DNA from: Parcubacteria group bacterium Gr01-1014_13
GTDB lineage: Bacteria > Patescibacteriota > Patescibacteriia > Magasanikbacterales > GWA2-37-8
Reading direction: 5' to 3'
DNA: 64,000 bases
Assembly: GCA_007376295.1 (NCBI GenBank)
Contig: VMGB01000004.1
Span: forward strand, 6,569 to 70,568
Shown: positions 1 to 9,471 of the stretch, piece after piece
Position numbering within the stretch: position 1 is the first letter of the stretch
How the letters are laid out: each line of letters starts with the position of its first letter
Translations under genes and position numbers: made by a program
The notes under the pieces: generated by a model
The model's input: only the letters and a program-made list of their open reading frames with translations
Database searches by the model: none
What the model was told of the DNA's origin: nothing

Positions 1-570
1 AGTACGAGTAAGCTTAAGTTGCGCTTGATGTTGTTTAATTTGAAATTCTTTTATACCCGATGCTTCATCCAAAAAATCTTTACGTTCGGCCGGACTAACT
101 GTAAGTAATTTATCTATCATTCCCTGCCCCACCACACTATATGAATGCTGAGCAAATTGTGCCTGAGCTAAAAGCAGATGCACATCAAGCAGTCGCACCG
201 GATTATTATTTATTAAATACTCGCCTTCGCCTGATCGGTATAATCTGCGACCCACAGTAATTTCTGGATAATCTGACATTAATCTGCCATCACTATTATC
301 CAAAACCATCATTACTTCGGCGGCGCTTAACTGCCCTTTGGTGGTGGAGCCGCTAAAAATTACGTCTTCATTTTTTTTGCCACGCAAAGTTTTTAAACTC
401 TGTTCACCCATTACCCAACGCACGGCATCGGAAATATTGGATTTACCAGAACCGTTTGGCCCGACAACAGCTGTAATGCTATACCGGTTATTTTTGTACG
501 GTAAAAAATCCAAAACCGTTTTGTCGGCAAAGGACTTAAACCCCTTTATCTCTAGGCGTTTTAGGTACAT
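1..570 (-). CDS. smc: Chromosome segregation protein SMC, N-terminal part (continues beyond the left edge of the window)
   Basis: Manual translation MYLKRLEIKGFKSFADKTVLDF...AVVGPNGSGKSNISDAVRWVMGEQSLKTLRG: SMC N-terminus with Walker A; scpA/scpB are also in the window. Confidence 0.95.
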   Translation of the reverse strand, partial: MYLKRLEIKGFKSFADKTVLDFLPYKNNRYSITAVVGPNGSGKSNISDAVRWVMGEQSLKTLRGKKNEDVIFSGSTTKGQLSAAEVMMVLDNSDGRLMSDYPEITVGRRLYRSGEGEYLINNNPVRLLDVHLLLAQAQFAQHSYSVVGQGMIDKLLTVSPAERKDFLDEASGIKEFQIKQHQAQLKLTRT

Positions 571-618
571 AAATCAGTCAGACTACAAAAAGATTGTATC
601 ATAAAGTCGAAGTTTTAC

Positions 619-657
619 AAAATAAAAAATACCCGTCCCAACAAAGTTGAGACGGGC
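619..657 (-). terminator. Intrinsic terminator downstream of 692..1264
   Basis: Hairpin cccgtcccaac-aaa-gttgagacggg followed on the minus strand by a U-rich tract. Confidence 0.7.
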
Positions 658-691
658 GGAATGAAGGTCTGAGAAACCTAATCAGATTCCT

Positions 692-1264
692 CTACTTATT
701 GATGCGAACCAAGCTATAATGGTCACCCCATTTGATTTCACCCCAGCCGAAGTGAAATACCCAATGGTTTCCAGACCAGTAGAGAAACGGAAAACAGAGT
801 ATGCCTTGGAGGTCTAGGGCCTTGGTACCTGTGAACAAGAGGGATCTCTTCCGGAACTCGGCAGAAATTTCGCCTTGATGTTCCAGAACGTACTTCGCGT
901 CTACCAACCCGAGATTGGCATTGAGGTCTACAGCGCGCTTATACATTTCTTTGGTACCAATCCATTCCTCGCCATTCTCCAGAAAGGAGATGAGTTCAAG
1001 ATCCTTGACCTCAAACTTTGACGGAGCGACATCCTCAACCACCTCCCACCCCCTGGGTATGATATCACCAGCAGTGGATAGCAGAGACGGGAACTTACGA
1101 TTCTTGAGAAGTATAGCAATCGTCTCCTTCAGCTCAGTCTGAAGCACCCCTCCCTGCATGATGATAAGCTGAGCGTCTTCCTTGGTGAGGTCCAGGTGCT
1201 CGAGTCCATCCTGCAAGAACCGACTGATTTGCTTACGCTGTCCGGACGTGATCTTTACAGTCAT
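692..1264 (-). CDS. Hypothetical protein with Trp/aromatic-rich C-terminus (paralogue of 1762..2121, remote paralogue of 46828..47400)
   Basis: 190-aa ORF with AAGGAG SD, own promoter and terminator, GC-richer than core genes. Confidence 0.8.
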   Translation of the reverse strand: MTVKITSGQRKQISRFLQDGLEHLDLTKEDAQLIIMQGGVLQTELKETIAILLKNRKFPSLLSTAGDIIPRGWEVVEDVAPSKFEVKDLELISFLENGEEWIGTKEMYKRAVDLNANLGLVDAKYVLEHQGEISAEFRKRSLLFTGTKALDLQGILCFPFLYWSGNHWVFHFGWGEIKWGDHYSLVRINK

Positions 1265-1302
1265 CGTCTTTCTCCTTGAGTTACTGTATTTGACCAGGAA
1301 AC

Positions 1303-1401
1303 ATTCCTAGCCTTCTTTTTATCCTTAAGATAGAACAAAAAGAAAGTTGGGAAATATTTTAAAGAATGATTTACAATAACACAAAATAATTGGATTGTCA
1401 A
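1303..1401 (-). promoter_or_regulatory. Sigma70-type promoter and long 5' leader hairpin
   Basis: TTGACA (1401-1396), 17 bp, TATTGT (1378-1373); ~22-bp imperfect stem at 1303-1354 similar to 47497-47548. Confidence 0.7.
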
Positions 1402-1501
1402 TGAGTCTGCCGTTATTTCTCAAAATAAAAAACCGCTGGGCGAACCATACGGGTTTGGACTAAATTTATTTGTACTACTTTCCATATCCAGGCAGAACTC
1501 T

Positions 1502-1705
1502 TTATTCATCTCTTTCTGCAGAGAGCTTGAGTGCTGATGCCAAGAGTCGCTCACCTAACTCTGTGCCGGCCTCGATCTCTTCTAGGACCTGGCGCAGACT
1601 GTATGTTTTGTGACCGCTTCCCACAAAAGGCTCGTCTGGATTATCAATTTTTTCCAACCACTTTCGCATTTCGGCAATCATTTCATCTCTTGTCTTAGTT
1701 GCCAT
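1502..1705 (-). CDS. Small hypothetical protein (67 aa)
   Basis: AAGGAG SD 7 nt before ATG; follows 1762..2121 in the same orientation. Confidence 0.7.
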   Translation of the reverse strand: MATKTRDEMIAEMRKWLEKIDNPDEPFVGSGHKTYSLRQVLEEIEAGTELGERLLASALKLSAERDE

Positions 1706-1761
1706 TGATCTTCTCCTTGCTTTTTGTTTGAGAGATAAAGAACTTTGGTTTCATGACTTAT

Positions 1762-2121
1762 TTATGGCAGACGCCGCACCACGAGCTCGTCTGAATGCCA
1801 CCACCGATCGAGACTGTTCCAAAAATCCCACCATCTTCCGTCATGACAACCATGAGAACAAAAAATCTTTATACTCCGCGAATTACCAGGTTCGCGCTGA
1901 TTGGTCACGAGATGGTACTCGCTTAGCTCGGCTGCAAGCAAACGAACGTGATCTTTAATGAACAATGCATCCTCGTCAGTTACAGCGCCATTATTCTCAC
2001 CTGCCGTACGAGCAAGCACAACATCACCTGTAACAAATTTTTCATTTTCATCAAGGAAACCAACCGCTTCGTAACGACGATCTTCGATCTCGAATGGAAT
2101 TCGGATATCCTTGTGGATCAT
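1762..2121 (-). CDS. Hypothetical protein (119 aa) with Trp-rich C-terminus, paralogue of 692..1264
   Basis: Start re-assigned to MIHKDIR using AAAGGAG SD and upstream promoter; shares FL(E/D)xxE...DA...H...W..LV(V)R pattern with 692..1264. Confidence 0.75.
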   Translation of the reverse strand: MIHKDIRIPFEIEDRRYEAVGFLDENEKFVTGDVVLARTAGENNGAVTDEDALFIKDHVRLLAAELSEYHLVTNQREPGNSRSIKIFCSHGCHDGRWWDFWNSLDRWWHSDELVVRRLP

Positions 2122-2148
2122 TGCGTACTCCTTTCGTGAGTTGGCTAT

Positions 2149-2210
2149 TTTATAGCGAAAAATGGCCTTTTTGTCAATCCCTTGACACCGGTAAGAAATA
2201 AGGATACAAT
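2149..2210. promoter_or_regulatory. Back-to-back sigma70 promoters
   Basis: Minus: TTGACA(2177-2172)-17-TATAAA; plus: TTGACA(2182-2187)-17-TACAAT. Confidence 0.75.
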
Positions 2211-2238
2211 GTCTCGTTACACTATAAAAATAACCAAA

Positions 2239-3201
2239 ATGCAACGCACTGCCCAACAGATCCATAATCATATAAAAAACGCCAACAAACTGGCGTTGGT
2301 TTCCCATCCAAATCCAGATGGTGACACCTTGGGTGCGGCTATGGCTTTTGCCGAATACTTGCAAACCTTAGGTAAAGAAGTTAAAATTTTCTGCCTTACT
2401 CCGGTACCAGAAAAATTTAGCTTTCTTAAAAATATACACATGGTAAGCCAAGACCCAGAAACTTTTCTGGATATGGACACTATTACCGTGTTAGATTGTG
2501 GCGATCTGCGTTATGCCGGTGTCGTTGACCTATTAAAGAATCATGCCGCTACGATTATAAACATAGATCATCATGCTACCAATGAAAAATATGGCCACAT
2601 GAATATGGTAGTTGTAAATGCAGCCTCTACTACCGAAGTTGTCCATAACTTCTTTAAATTCAACAATATTAATATTACTCCGACCATGGCAACCGCTTTG
2701 CTTACCGGACTAATCACTGACACAGATAACTTTTCCAACTCCGCCACTTCCCACACATCTCTAGTCGCCTCCAGCGAACTACTTCGTTCTGGAGCTAACT
2801 GGGGTGCAATACATCGCGCTTTAGTACAAAATAAATCTATTGCTATACTTAAATTGTGGGGACTAATTCTGAGCCGATTAACAAAAAAAGAAAACTCCGA
2901 CATGGCCTACACTTATTCAACAATCAAAGATTTAGTTCAGCATGGAATAAACGATGATGATATAGAAGGAATATCGAATTTCCTAAACAAGCTGGACGGC
3001 GCCAAAATGTCGCTATTCATAAAAGAAATAGCTGACGGTAAAATTAAAGGCAGTTTCCGAACAACGAGCGACGACATAGATGTATCGGCCTTAGCAAAAA
3101 AAATGGGCGGAGGCGGACACAAAAAAGCCGCTGGATTCACCACTGACGGAACTATAGAAAATGTGGTAGACAAAATCATTGATTTACAGGCTCAAAAATA
3201 A
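2239..3201 (+). CDS. nrnA: DHH/DHHA1 phosphoesterase (NanoRNase A / pAp phosphatase)
   Basis: HPNPDGD, LDCG, IDHH, TDT and GGGGHKKAAG motifs intact; start set at the ATG downstream of the promoter. Confidence 0.88.
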   Translation: MQRTAQQIHNHIKNANKLALVSHPNPDGDTLGAAMAFAEYLQTLGKEVKIFCLTPVPEKFSFLKNIHMVSQDPETFLDMDTITVLDCGDLRYAGVVDLLKNHAATIINIDHHATNEKYGHMNMVVVNAASTTEVVHNFFKFNNINITPTMATALLTGLITDTDNFSNSATSHTSLVASSELLRSGANWGAIHRALVQNKSIAILKLWGLILSRLTKKENSDMAYTYSTIKDLVQHGINDDDIEGISNFLNKLDGAKMSLFIKEIADGKIKGSFRTTSDDIDVSALAKKMGGGGHKKAAGFTTDGTIENVVDKIIDLQAQK

Positions 3202-3234
3202 ATGCTAAGCTATAATTTAATTAAAATTAAATAT

Positions 3235-3837
3235 ATGACAGACAATATTAAATCCCAATACCTTATACCTACAGTTATCGAAAAAACCAGTTACGGCGAG
3301 CGCGCCTATGATATTTATTCTCGCTTACTTCAAGACAGAATTATATTCTTGGGCACAGCCATAGATGATAATGTGGCTAATGTGATTATCGCTCAATTGT
3401 TGTTTTTGGAAAATCAAAATCCGGACAAAGATATTAAATTATATATAAATTCTCCGGGTGGATCAGTAACTGCAGGAATGGCTATCTACGACACCATGCA
3501 ATATATCAAACCGGATGTCAGCACGATTTGTGTGGGCATGGCCGCCAGCATGGGTGCATTCCTCTTGTCTGCCGGAGCCAAAGGTAAACGCTTTGCTTTG
3601 CCTAATTCTGAAATCATGATTCACCAGGTAATGGGTGGCATGGAAGGCCAGGCCAGTGACATCAAAATCCGAGCCGAACGCATCTTAAAAATGAAGGATA
3701 ATCTGAACAAAATCATGGCCAAACATACGGGCAAAAACTTGGCCCAGATAGAAAAGGATACTGATCGAGACAACTTTATGGATGCCGAGGAATCAGTCAA
3801 ATACGGCATTGTCGATAAGGTCATTGAGAAGCAATAA
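3235..3837 (+). CDS. clpP: ATP-dependent Clp protease proteolytic subunit
   Basis: [28 protein letters not shown] (catalytic Ser), IMIHQ, DRDNFM. Confidence 0.98.
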   Translation: MTDNIKSQYLIPTVIEKTSYGERAYDIYSRLLQDRIIFLGTAIDDNVANVIIAQLLFLENQNPDKDIKLYINSPGGSVTAGMAIYDTMQYIKPDVSTICVGMAASMGAFLLSAGAKGKRFALPNSEIMIHQVMGGMEGQASDIKIRAERILKMKDNLNKIMAKHTGKNLAQIEKDTDRDNFMDAEESVKYGIVDKVIEKQ

Positions 3838-3842
3838 ACTTA

Positions 3843-3886
3843 AATAAACAAACCACACCCGCTTCGGCGGGTGTTTTGTTTATTTA
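3843..3886 (+). terminator. Intrinsic terminator after clpP
   Basis: acacccgc-ttcg-gcgggtgt with U tract and extended AT-rich arms. Confidence 0.85.
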
Positions 3887-3935
3887 AAAAGCCCTTATTT
3901 TAGCCAAAAATTGACTATTTCCCTCCCTTTGCCCC

Positions 3936-3964
3936 TTGACAAATTTAAGATACTATGATATATT
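3936..3964 (+). promoter_or_regulatory. Near-consensus sigma70 promoter with extended -10
   Basis: TTGACA-17 bp-TATATT with TGn immediately upstream of -10. Confidence 0.75.
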
Positions 3965-3969
3965 TAGTT

Positions 3970-4240
3970 GTTACCTACAAAGTTAGATAAATCAAGTCAG
4001 ATAGATATCGGGTAACAACACGCTTTCAATAACGGTTTTAGAGGATATGGAGCATTGATTACCGAGGGTAATTAGCGCCCCGTATCCACGACAAGCATGG
4101 AGGTGTGCTAGAGGGAACAACTGGCTTAGGCTCGTTTTCTTCTTTAACACATCTTCTTGGGTGCGGTTTTAGGGGGAGGTTTACTTCCCTCAATATAAAT
4201 AATCTCGGCCTCGACATCATGTCGGGGCCGAGTTTGTTTT
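3970..4240 (+). ncRNA. Putative structured non-coding RNA of unknown family (~270 nt)
   Basis: Bounded by promoter and terminator, no credible ORF, run of GC-richer hairpins. Confidence 0.6.
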
Positions 4241-4241
4241 T
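4204..4241 (+). terminator. Intrinsic terminator
   Basis: ctcggcctcgaca-tca-tgtcggggccgag followed by tttgttttt. Confidence 0.85.
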
Positions 4242-4249
4242 GGATAAAA

Positions 4250-6187
4250 TCAGGGAGCTGCAACCTCACCAATTGGTGTTGAAGATGTGGAGGCAGACGC
4301 GCCAACCATACAAATTTTCGGCAACGGCCGGTAATAGCTATCAAAAACTCGGTCGATCTTTTCGCTCGTTGAAGTAAACCTGGTGTAAGTAAACGAGGCT
4401 ACCGCTCCACGAAAAGCATTCTGGCATTTTGTTTCGCCGGGTTTCAAATCCGATACTATAACTTGCTGCGGCTCTCCAGAGGGTATCCATTTTGTAACTT
4501 TCGGATGAGTGTATGAACCAGAACGTCCGTCACTTTTTCCCCACAGAGTAAATACTAATTGTTGTTTGGTATAGTCTATGGCAGTTTGCAGAAGTAAATA
4601 ACCACCCGTGTCGTTTATAAATTTAAAATCTACGCTTGGCTCATATAAAGTAGCATCAGTCCCCGGATTACCATTTACCGGATCAGCATAATAACCTACG
4701 ACCAAAGAATGATTGCGGCGTTCGCTAATAGGCATACCGGAATTCATGGCCATTCTAAATAAAGTGGTACCTATTTGGCACATACCGCCGCCGATTTCAG
4801 GAATTATTTTATTGCCTTTTATTACCATTTCCGGCAAAAAACCTTCTTCTGATGTATATGGCCCGGCATATTTGTTCGCTGAAAATTCCTCTCCCGGTTT
4901 AATTAAAATTCCGTCCAATCTTTTTACAGCATTGGCAATATTTTTTATTCTGTTGGTATGACTATCTTTAAAAGTTGAATAGCCCACCCCGAGCACTTGC
5001 ATTTCATCCAAATTATTTACATCGGGAGAAGCTGTCGCGTTTGGCTTAATGGTATCCACGGAAACAGTTACTGTCTTGGCAACTTCAACCGGAGCAAAAT
5101 TACGTTCACGAAATAAAGAATCCAAACTATTGTAAGTATTATCTAAATTTAGGCTAATACCAGACTGACTGCCTTGAAATTCTTTTACTTTATTACCTTC
5201 CAATACATACCGGGTATTTTGTACCGGGATATCGATATAAGGACGGATTGTTTCCAAATAAGCAACTACTTTCTCCTTACTAAGAGCGAATACCAGATCT
5301 CCTTTTTCTCGTCTTACTTCCAGCCAATCTGTATACAAAGTCGGACCGATACTCCAATCGCGCCGACCCTTTGTTTGCGGATCTATAAAATTCAAGCCCA
5401 AATCACCATAATTCAAGATATTTGGCAGTTTGCTAAAAAGGGGCTCCAGATCACCGGTCAAAACTTCTGGTCTAAAATCCTTTCGGTAAATTTCAATAGG
5501 CGTCAGCGATAAAGAAGAAAGGTTGCTTTGTAAATCATTTTTTAACCTATCATAATCGAAAACCACGCCGTAACGCTCTGGCACTACTGTGTACTCCAGA
5601 GGCATAAGATTTGTTATTTTAATATTGGCATTGGAGGGCTGCTCACTAAACGCCGCCATGTAATTTTGCAAGCTGGTGATAAATTTATCATCCATAACTA
5701 CATCTACCGGCACTTTGCGCGAAGAAATAAAACGGAAATATAATGGTTGCCATATTTGTTGCCAAAACGTGCCCGTTCTACCCACAGACATTAATTTAGC
5801 CGCCGAGCTATCGCTGTTTATGCGAATCATTTCTACAGAACTATCGTCGGTAGACACAACACTAAATTTAAAGTTCTTACTTTGAGTTTTTGTATTAGAG
5901 GTAGTTGCGGTAGAAAAATTTAAATCCAAACTCTCTTTGGTAATTTTATTATTAAAATTTTCAATAAAATCTTTAGCTTGCTGCTCAGTCATACCACCTA
6001 AAGAATGCTGCCCAACATATACTCCCGGAAAAATCTTGCCGTCATAAAAAGAATGATATACCAAAGCACCAGTGTCGGCCAAAATTGCTAAAACCAAAAA
6101 AATACCCAAACCAATCAGAACATTTCTTTTCCAAGAAATTTCAGGCCCTGGAAAAATATTTTTTATTGTATCTGAATTTTTAGACAT
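4250..6187 (-). CDS. VanW-family protein with N-terminal membrane anchor and peptidoglycan-binding-type repeats
   Basis: RIKNI, PGEEFS, GGGMCQIGTTLF, ERRNHS, DATLY, DFKFINDT VanW motifs. Confidence 0.9.
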   Translation of the reverse strand: MSKNSDTIKNIFPGPEISWKRNVLIGLGIFLVLAILADTGALVYHSFYDGKIFPGVYVGQHSLGGMTEQQAKDFIENFNNKITKESLDLNFSTATTSNTKTQSKNFKFSVVSTDDSSVEMIRINSDSSAAKLMSVGRTGTFWQQIWQPLYFRFISSRKVPVDVVMDDKFITSLQNYMAAFSEQPSNANIKITNLMPLEYTVVPERYGVVFDYDRLKNDLQSNLSSLSLTPIEIYRKDFRPEVLTGDLEPLFSKLPNILNYGDLGLNFIDPQTKGRRDWSIGPTLYTDWLEVRREKGDLVFALSKEKVVAYLETIRPYIDIPVQNTRYVLEGNKVKEFQGSQSGISLNLDNTYNSLDSLFRERNFAPVEVAKTVTVSVDTIKPNATASPDVNNLDEMQVLGVGYSTFKDSHTNRIKNIANAVKRLDGILIKPGEEFSANKYAGPYTSEEGFLPEMVIKGNKIIPEIGGGMCQIGTTLFRMAMNSGMPISERRNHSLVVGYYADPVNGNPGTDATLYEPSVDFKFINDTGGYLLLQTAIDYTKQQLVFTLWGKSDGRSGSYTHPKVTKWIPSGEPQQVIVSDLKPGETKCQNAFRGAVASFTYTRFTSTSEKIDRVFDSYYRPLPKICMVGASASTSSTPIGEVAAP

Positions 6188-6188
6188 A

Positions 6189-6626
6189 CTATTCCTCTAT
6201 TACCATAATAGGAATGTCGCTATTATTTTGATTGGCTTTAGGAAGTCGTATGATAAGCACTCCATTTTTGTATTGAGCCTGCACCATTTCTGCTTTTACA
6301 TCTGTAGGCAAAATAATACTACGAGAAAATTTACCCCAATAACATTCCTGATAAAAATGTTCGCCTATTTCCCCTATTGGCGATTTTCTTTCGCCCCTGA
6401 TAGTGAGCAAGTCATTGTGCAGATGCAATTCGATACAATCAGCCGGTGTGCCAGCCATAGCGGCCACAACAATTAACTCATCTTCCGTTTGGGCCACATC
6501 TACGGCCAACTGCCCTTCTGTCGCATGTTCCCCGTCTTGATTTTTTAGCGAGTTAAACAAAGAAAAATCAGCGCCGTTATTTGACGAATCTAGGGGTAAT
6601 GAAAATCGTTTTTCTTGCTTATTCAT
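6189..6626 (-). CDS. Hsp20/alpha-crystallin small heat-shock protein
   Basis: LAVDV...LTIRGER...ECYWGKFSRSIILP...YKNGVLIIRLPK. Confidence 0.93.
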   Translation of the reverse strand: MNKQEKRFSLPLDSSNNGADFSLFNSLKNQDGEHATEGQLAVDVAQTEDELIVVAAMAGTPADCIELHLHNDLLTIRGERKSPIGEIGEHFYQECYWGKFSRSIILPTDVKAEMVQAQYKNGVLIIRLPKANQNNSDIPIMVIEE

Positions 6627-6689
6627 ACACAAAAAATCACCAATCTTGTATTTATTGGCTATTGTAACATAATTGAAGCAAAAAAGAAA

Positions 6690-7274
6690 CTACATTAGCT
6701 TCAATACATTCCACCAATTCTCGATATATTCAGCTCTTTTATTTTGGTATTTTAGGTAATAAGCATGCTCCCAAACATCCAGACCCAAAACTGGTTGGTG
6801 GCCAAGAGATAATGGAGAATCCTGATTTGGTAAAGAATAAAGCTTTAAATTCTTATTTTCATCACGCACCAGCCAAGCCCAGCCGCTACCAAACTGACCA
6901 ACTGCCGCGGCGCTAAATTTTGTTTTAAATTCTTCCACTGAACCAAACGCCTCGCCAATATCAGTTATCAAACCACTGTCCGCATCTTTTTCTGGACCCA
7001 TCAGCTTCCAAAAAAAATCATGATTCACAAATCCTCCCCCATGATTTCTAAGTACTTTTTTATCATCCTCGCTTACTTCCAAATTGTTTAAATTCATTAA
7101 AAGTTCTTCGGCACTGTCATATTTTAATTGAGGATTCTTTTCCAATACTGCGTTAAATTTATCTAAATAAGCTTGATGATGTTTGGTATGGTGAATTTCC
7201 ATGGTTTTTGCATCAATATATGGCTCCAAAGCATCGTAGGCATATTCCAATTTTGGTAACTCAAATTTCATCAT
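6690..7274 (-). CDS. sodA: Fe/Mn superoxide dismutase
   Basis: HHTKHH, NH...NHDFFW, FGSGWAWL, DVWEHAYY. Confidence 0.95.
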   Translation of the reverse strand: MMKFELPKLEYAYDALEPYIDAKTMEIHHTKHHQAYLDKFNAVLEKNPQLKYDSAEELLMNLNNLEVSEDDKKVLRNHGGGFVNHDFFWKLMGPEKDADSGLITDIGEAFGSVEEFKTKFSAAAVGQFGSGWAWLVRDENKNLKLYSLPNQDSPLSLGHQPVLGLDVWEHAYYLKYQNKRAEYIENWWNVLKLM

Positions 7275-7301
7275 ATATTTTATAGTTAATGAATTAATAA
7301 T

Positions 7302-8174
7302 TTAACTTATCACCTTCTGACAAATAGGGCAATAGTGTGAACTGCGGCCAGCTATTTTCTTGCTGGTAATACTCCCCTTTTTGCAACGTAAACATTTTTC
7401 GCCCACCCTTTTGTAAACTTGCAAGTAGTCAGAAAAATTTCCTTTACCGCCGTGCGCGTTTACATAATCCTTAAAAGTCGTACCCTTGTGAGCGATAGCT
7501 TTTTTTAAAATAACTTTACTGGCAGTAAACACTTTCTTTATTTCCGTTTCGCTCATCTCGGCCACAGATCTTCCCGGATGAATGCCGGCAGCAAAACAAA
7601 TCTCATCTGCATAAATATTTCCAATACCCGCTATTAACACCTGATTTAGCAATACTGATTTTATGGAAGTTTTTCTTTTGCCTAAAGCTTTTTTAAAATT
7701 CGCCAAAGTAAAATTTTTCGTCAATGGCTCTATACCATACTTGGCTACAATTTTTTCTTTAACTTCTTTATCTACAACCTTTAGGTAGCCAAACTTCCGC
7801 ATATCATTAAAATATAATTGGCCGCCATCATTAAATTTCCAAACTACCCATGTATATTTGGTAGGCAAATCATTTTCTTTAAATACCGGCAAATTATGGC
7901 CACCCTCAATAATTTGATGGCCATGACGATAAATCAACTGGCCAGTCATTTTTAGATGGATTAATAAAAAATTATCATCGGATAGATCCAAGATCATCAA
8001 TTTACCAATACGCCCGATATCTTTTATCTTTTTATTTAACAAACTTTTTTTAAATTTCTCTACTGATTCTTTGATCGGACTTTTATTTATCACTTCTACG
8101 CCGGTAATTTTTTTGCCCACAAGAACTTTAGCCAAATCACGACGAATAGTTTCTACTTCTGGTAATTCCGGCAT
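7302..8174 (-). CDS. mutM: Formamidopyrimidine-DNA glycosylase
   Basis: N-terminal PELPEVE, HLKMTG, GIGNIYADE, C-terminal CxxC...CPICQ zinc finger. Confidence 0.97.
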   Translation of the reverse strand: MPELPEVETIRRDLAKVLVGKKITGVEVINKSPIKESVEKFKKSLLNKKIKDIGRIGKLMILDLSDDNFLLIHLKMTGQLIYRHGHQIIEGGHNLPVFKENDLPTKYTWVVWKFNDGGQLYFNDMRKFGYLKVVDKEVKEKIVAKYGIEPLTKNFTLANFKKALGKRKTSIKSVLLNQVLIAGIGNIYADEICFAAGIHPGRSVAEMSETEIKKVFTASKVILKKAIAHKGTTFKDYVNAHGGKGNFSDYLQVYKRVGEKCLRCKKGSITSKKIAGRSSHYCPICQKVIS

Positions 8175-8175
8175 A

Positions 8176-9465
8176 TTACTCCCATTCCTTTCCTTGCCTG
8201 GCCAAAAGCTTGGCAGCCTGCAAAGGTTCGGCCATTACTTCTTTTACTAATTTTTCCATGCGTCCGCCTTGCGAACCTTTCGCCAAAACTACATCACCTG
8301 GTTTTAATTTTTCTTGCAAAAATCTACCCGCTTCTCCACTGGTAGCAAAGGAGGATATTCGGTGTTCATCCAACCCCGCTTCTTTAGCCGCTTGAGCAAT
8401 ATATTTGGCCGCCTCACCTACAGTAATTAAATTATCTATTCCTAGTTCTGCCACTTTAAACCCAAGCTCACGATGCGCATTTTCAGTTTCCGGACCTAAC
8501 TCCAACATATCTCCCAAGGCAGCATAACGCTCGGCTCCATCTTTTATGGCCACCTGGGCCAGCGTTTCTACCGCGGCTCTAGCTCCTTCAGGACTAGAGT
8601 TGTAAGTATCATCAATAATTAAAGTATTTTTTATACCCGCTATTAGTCGCATACGTCCGGGCAAGCTTTCCAGACCGCCCAAAGCTTGTGCGCCGTCTAC
8701 TAGATTTACCCCAAATACAGTGCCAACTGCTAAACCAGATAAAGCTGCTGAAATCGCGGACTTAGCAATTACTCCTGGCAAATATACTGGCACTACATTG
8801 CCTTTGTATAAAACTTTAAAATTCAAACCAGTTGGCCAACCCGTCTGTTCATTCTTTAAGATATTTACATCCGTCGCTCGTAAATCCGCTCCTTCTTTAA
8901 ATCCATAAGTTATTACTTCCCCTTTGGTGGCGTTAGCGTTTTGCATTATCAATTCATTATCAAAATTTAAAACCGCAAAACCATCCTGGCGCAGATGAGA
9001 AATTATAATTCTTTTTTCTTGAGCAATTTTTTTTATTGTCTTGAAAAATTCTGTGTGAGCATGAGAAATTAAAGTCAGCACTCCAACCTTGCAAGGAGCA
9101 AAATTGGTCAGGTATTCAATATCACCTGGCTTGTCGGCACCCATCTCCAAAACCAAAATTTTTGGATAATTTTTATCACGTAAAAAAATTAATTTTTTAG
9201 CTTTAAATATTACTGCCAGCCAACCAAGAATAGATCTGCCCGGAGTTTTTTCCACGCCAATTATAGACAGGGGCACACCTATTTCGTTGTTATAATTTTT
9301 TGTACTACGACGAACGGCAAATTTACTTTGCAGAACTGTCGCTATGGCCTCTTTGGCTGAAGTTTTACCAACTGAACCGGTAATGCCAATAATATCCGGC
9401 TTATACTTGTTCAGAATTTTTTTAGATAAAACTCTTAGACAATACTGTAATAATGATTTGAGCAT
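8176..9465 (-). CDS. murF: UDP-N-acetylmuramoyl-tripeptide--D-Ala-D-Ala ligase
   Basis: GITGSVGKTSAKE, NNEIGVP, LEMG, DDTYNSSP, LGDMLELG, KGS. Confidence 0.93.
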   Translation of the reverse strand: MLKSLLQYCLRVLSKKILNKYKPDIIGITGSVGKTSAKEAIATVLQSKFAVRRSTKNYNNEIGVPLSIIGVEKTPGRSILGWLAVIFKAKKLIFLRDKNYPKILVLEMGADKPGDIEYLTNFAPCKVGVLTLISHAHTEFFKTIKKIAQEKRIIISHLRQDGFAVLNFDNELIMQNANATKGEVITYGFKEGADLRATDVNILKNEQTGWPTGLNFKVLYKGNVVPVYLPGVIAKSAISAALSGLAVGTVFGVNLVDGAQALGGLESLPGRMRLIAGIKNTLIIDDTYNSSPEGARAAVETLAQVAIKDGAERYAALGDMLELGPETENAHRELGFKVAELGIDNLITVGEAAKYIAQAAKEAGLDEHRISSFATSGEAGRFLQEKLKPGDVVLAKGSQGGRMEKLVKEVMAEPLQAAKLLARQGKEWE

Positions 9466-9471
9466 AATACT

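Noticed and set aside
692-2121. Complete diversity-generating retroelement
   Set aside because: No reverse transcriptase, Avd or adenine-variant template repeat in the window; kept only as an inference about possible targets
3970-4240. tmRNA, RNase P RNA or SRP RNA identity
   Set aside because: No GGGG..TCCACCA tRNA-like ends, no GAGGAAAGTCC, no SRP GGAA-loop consensus seen
4105-4377. 90-aa ORF (and minus-strand 4144..4344) in the clpP downstream region
   Set aside because: Runs through a strong terminator and overlaps the VanW gene; GGAGG is too close to the GTG; the region is better explained as ncRNA
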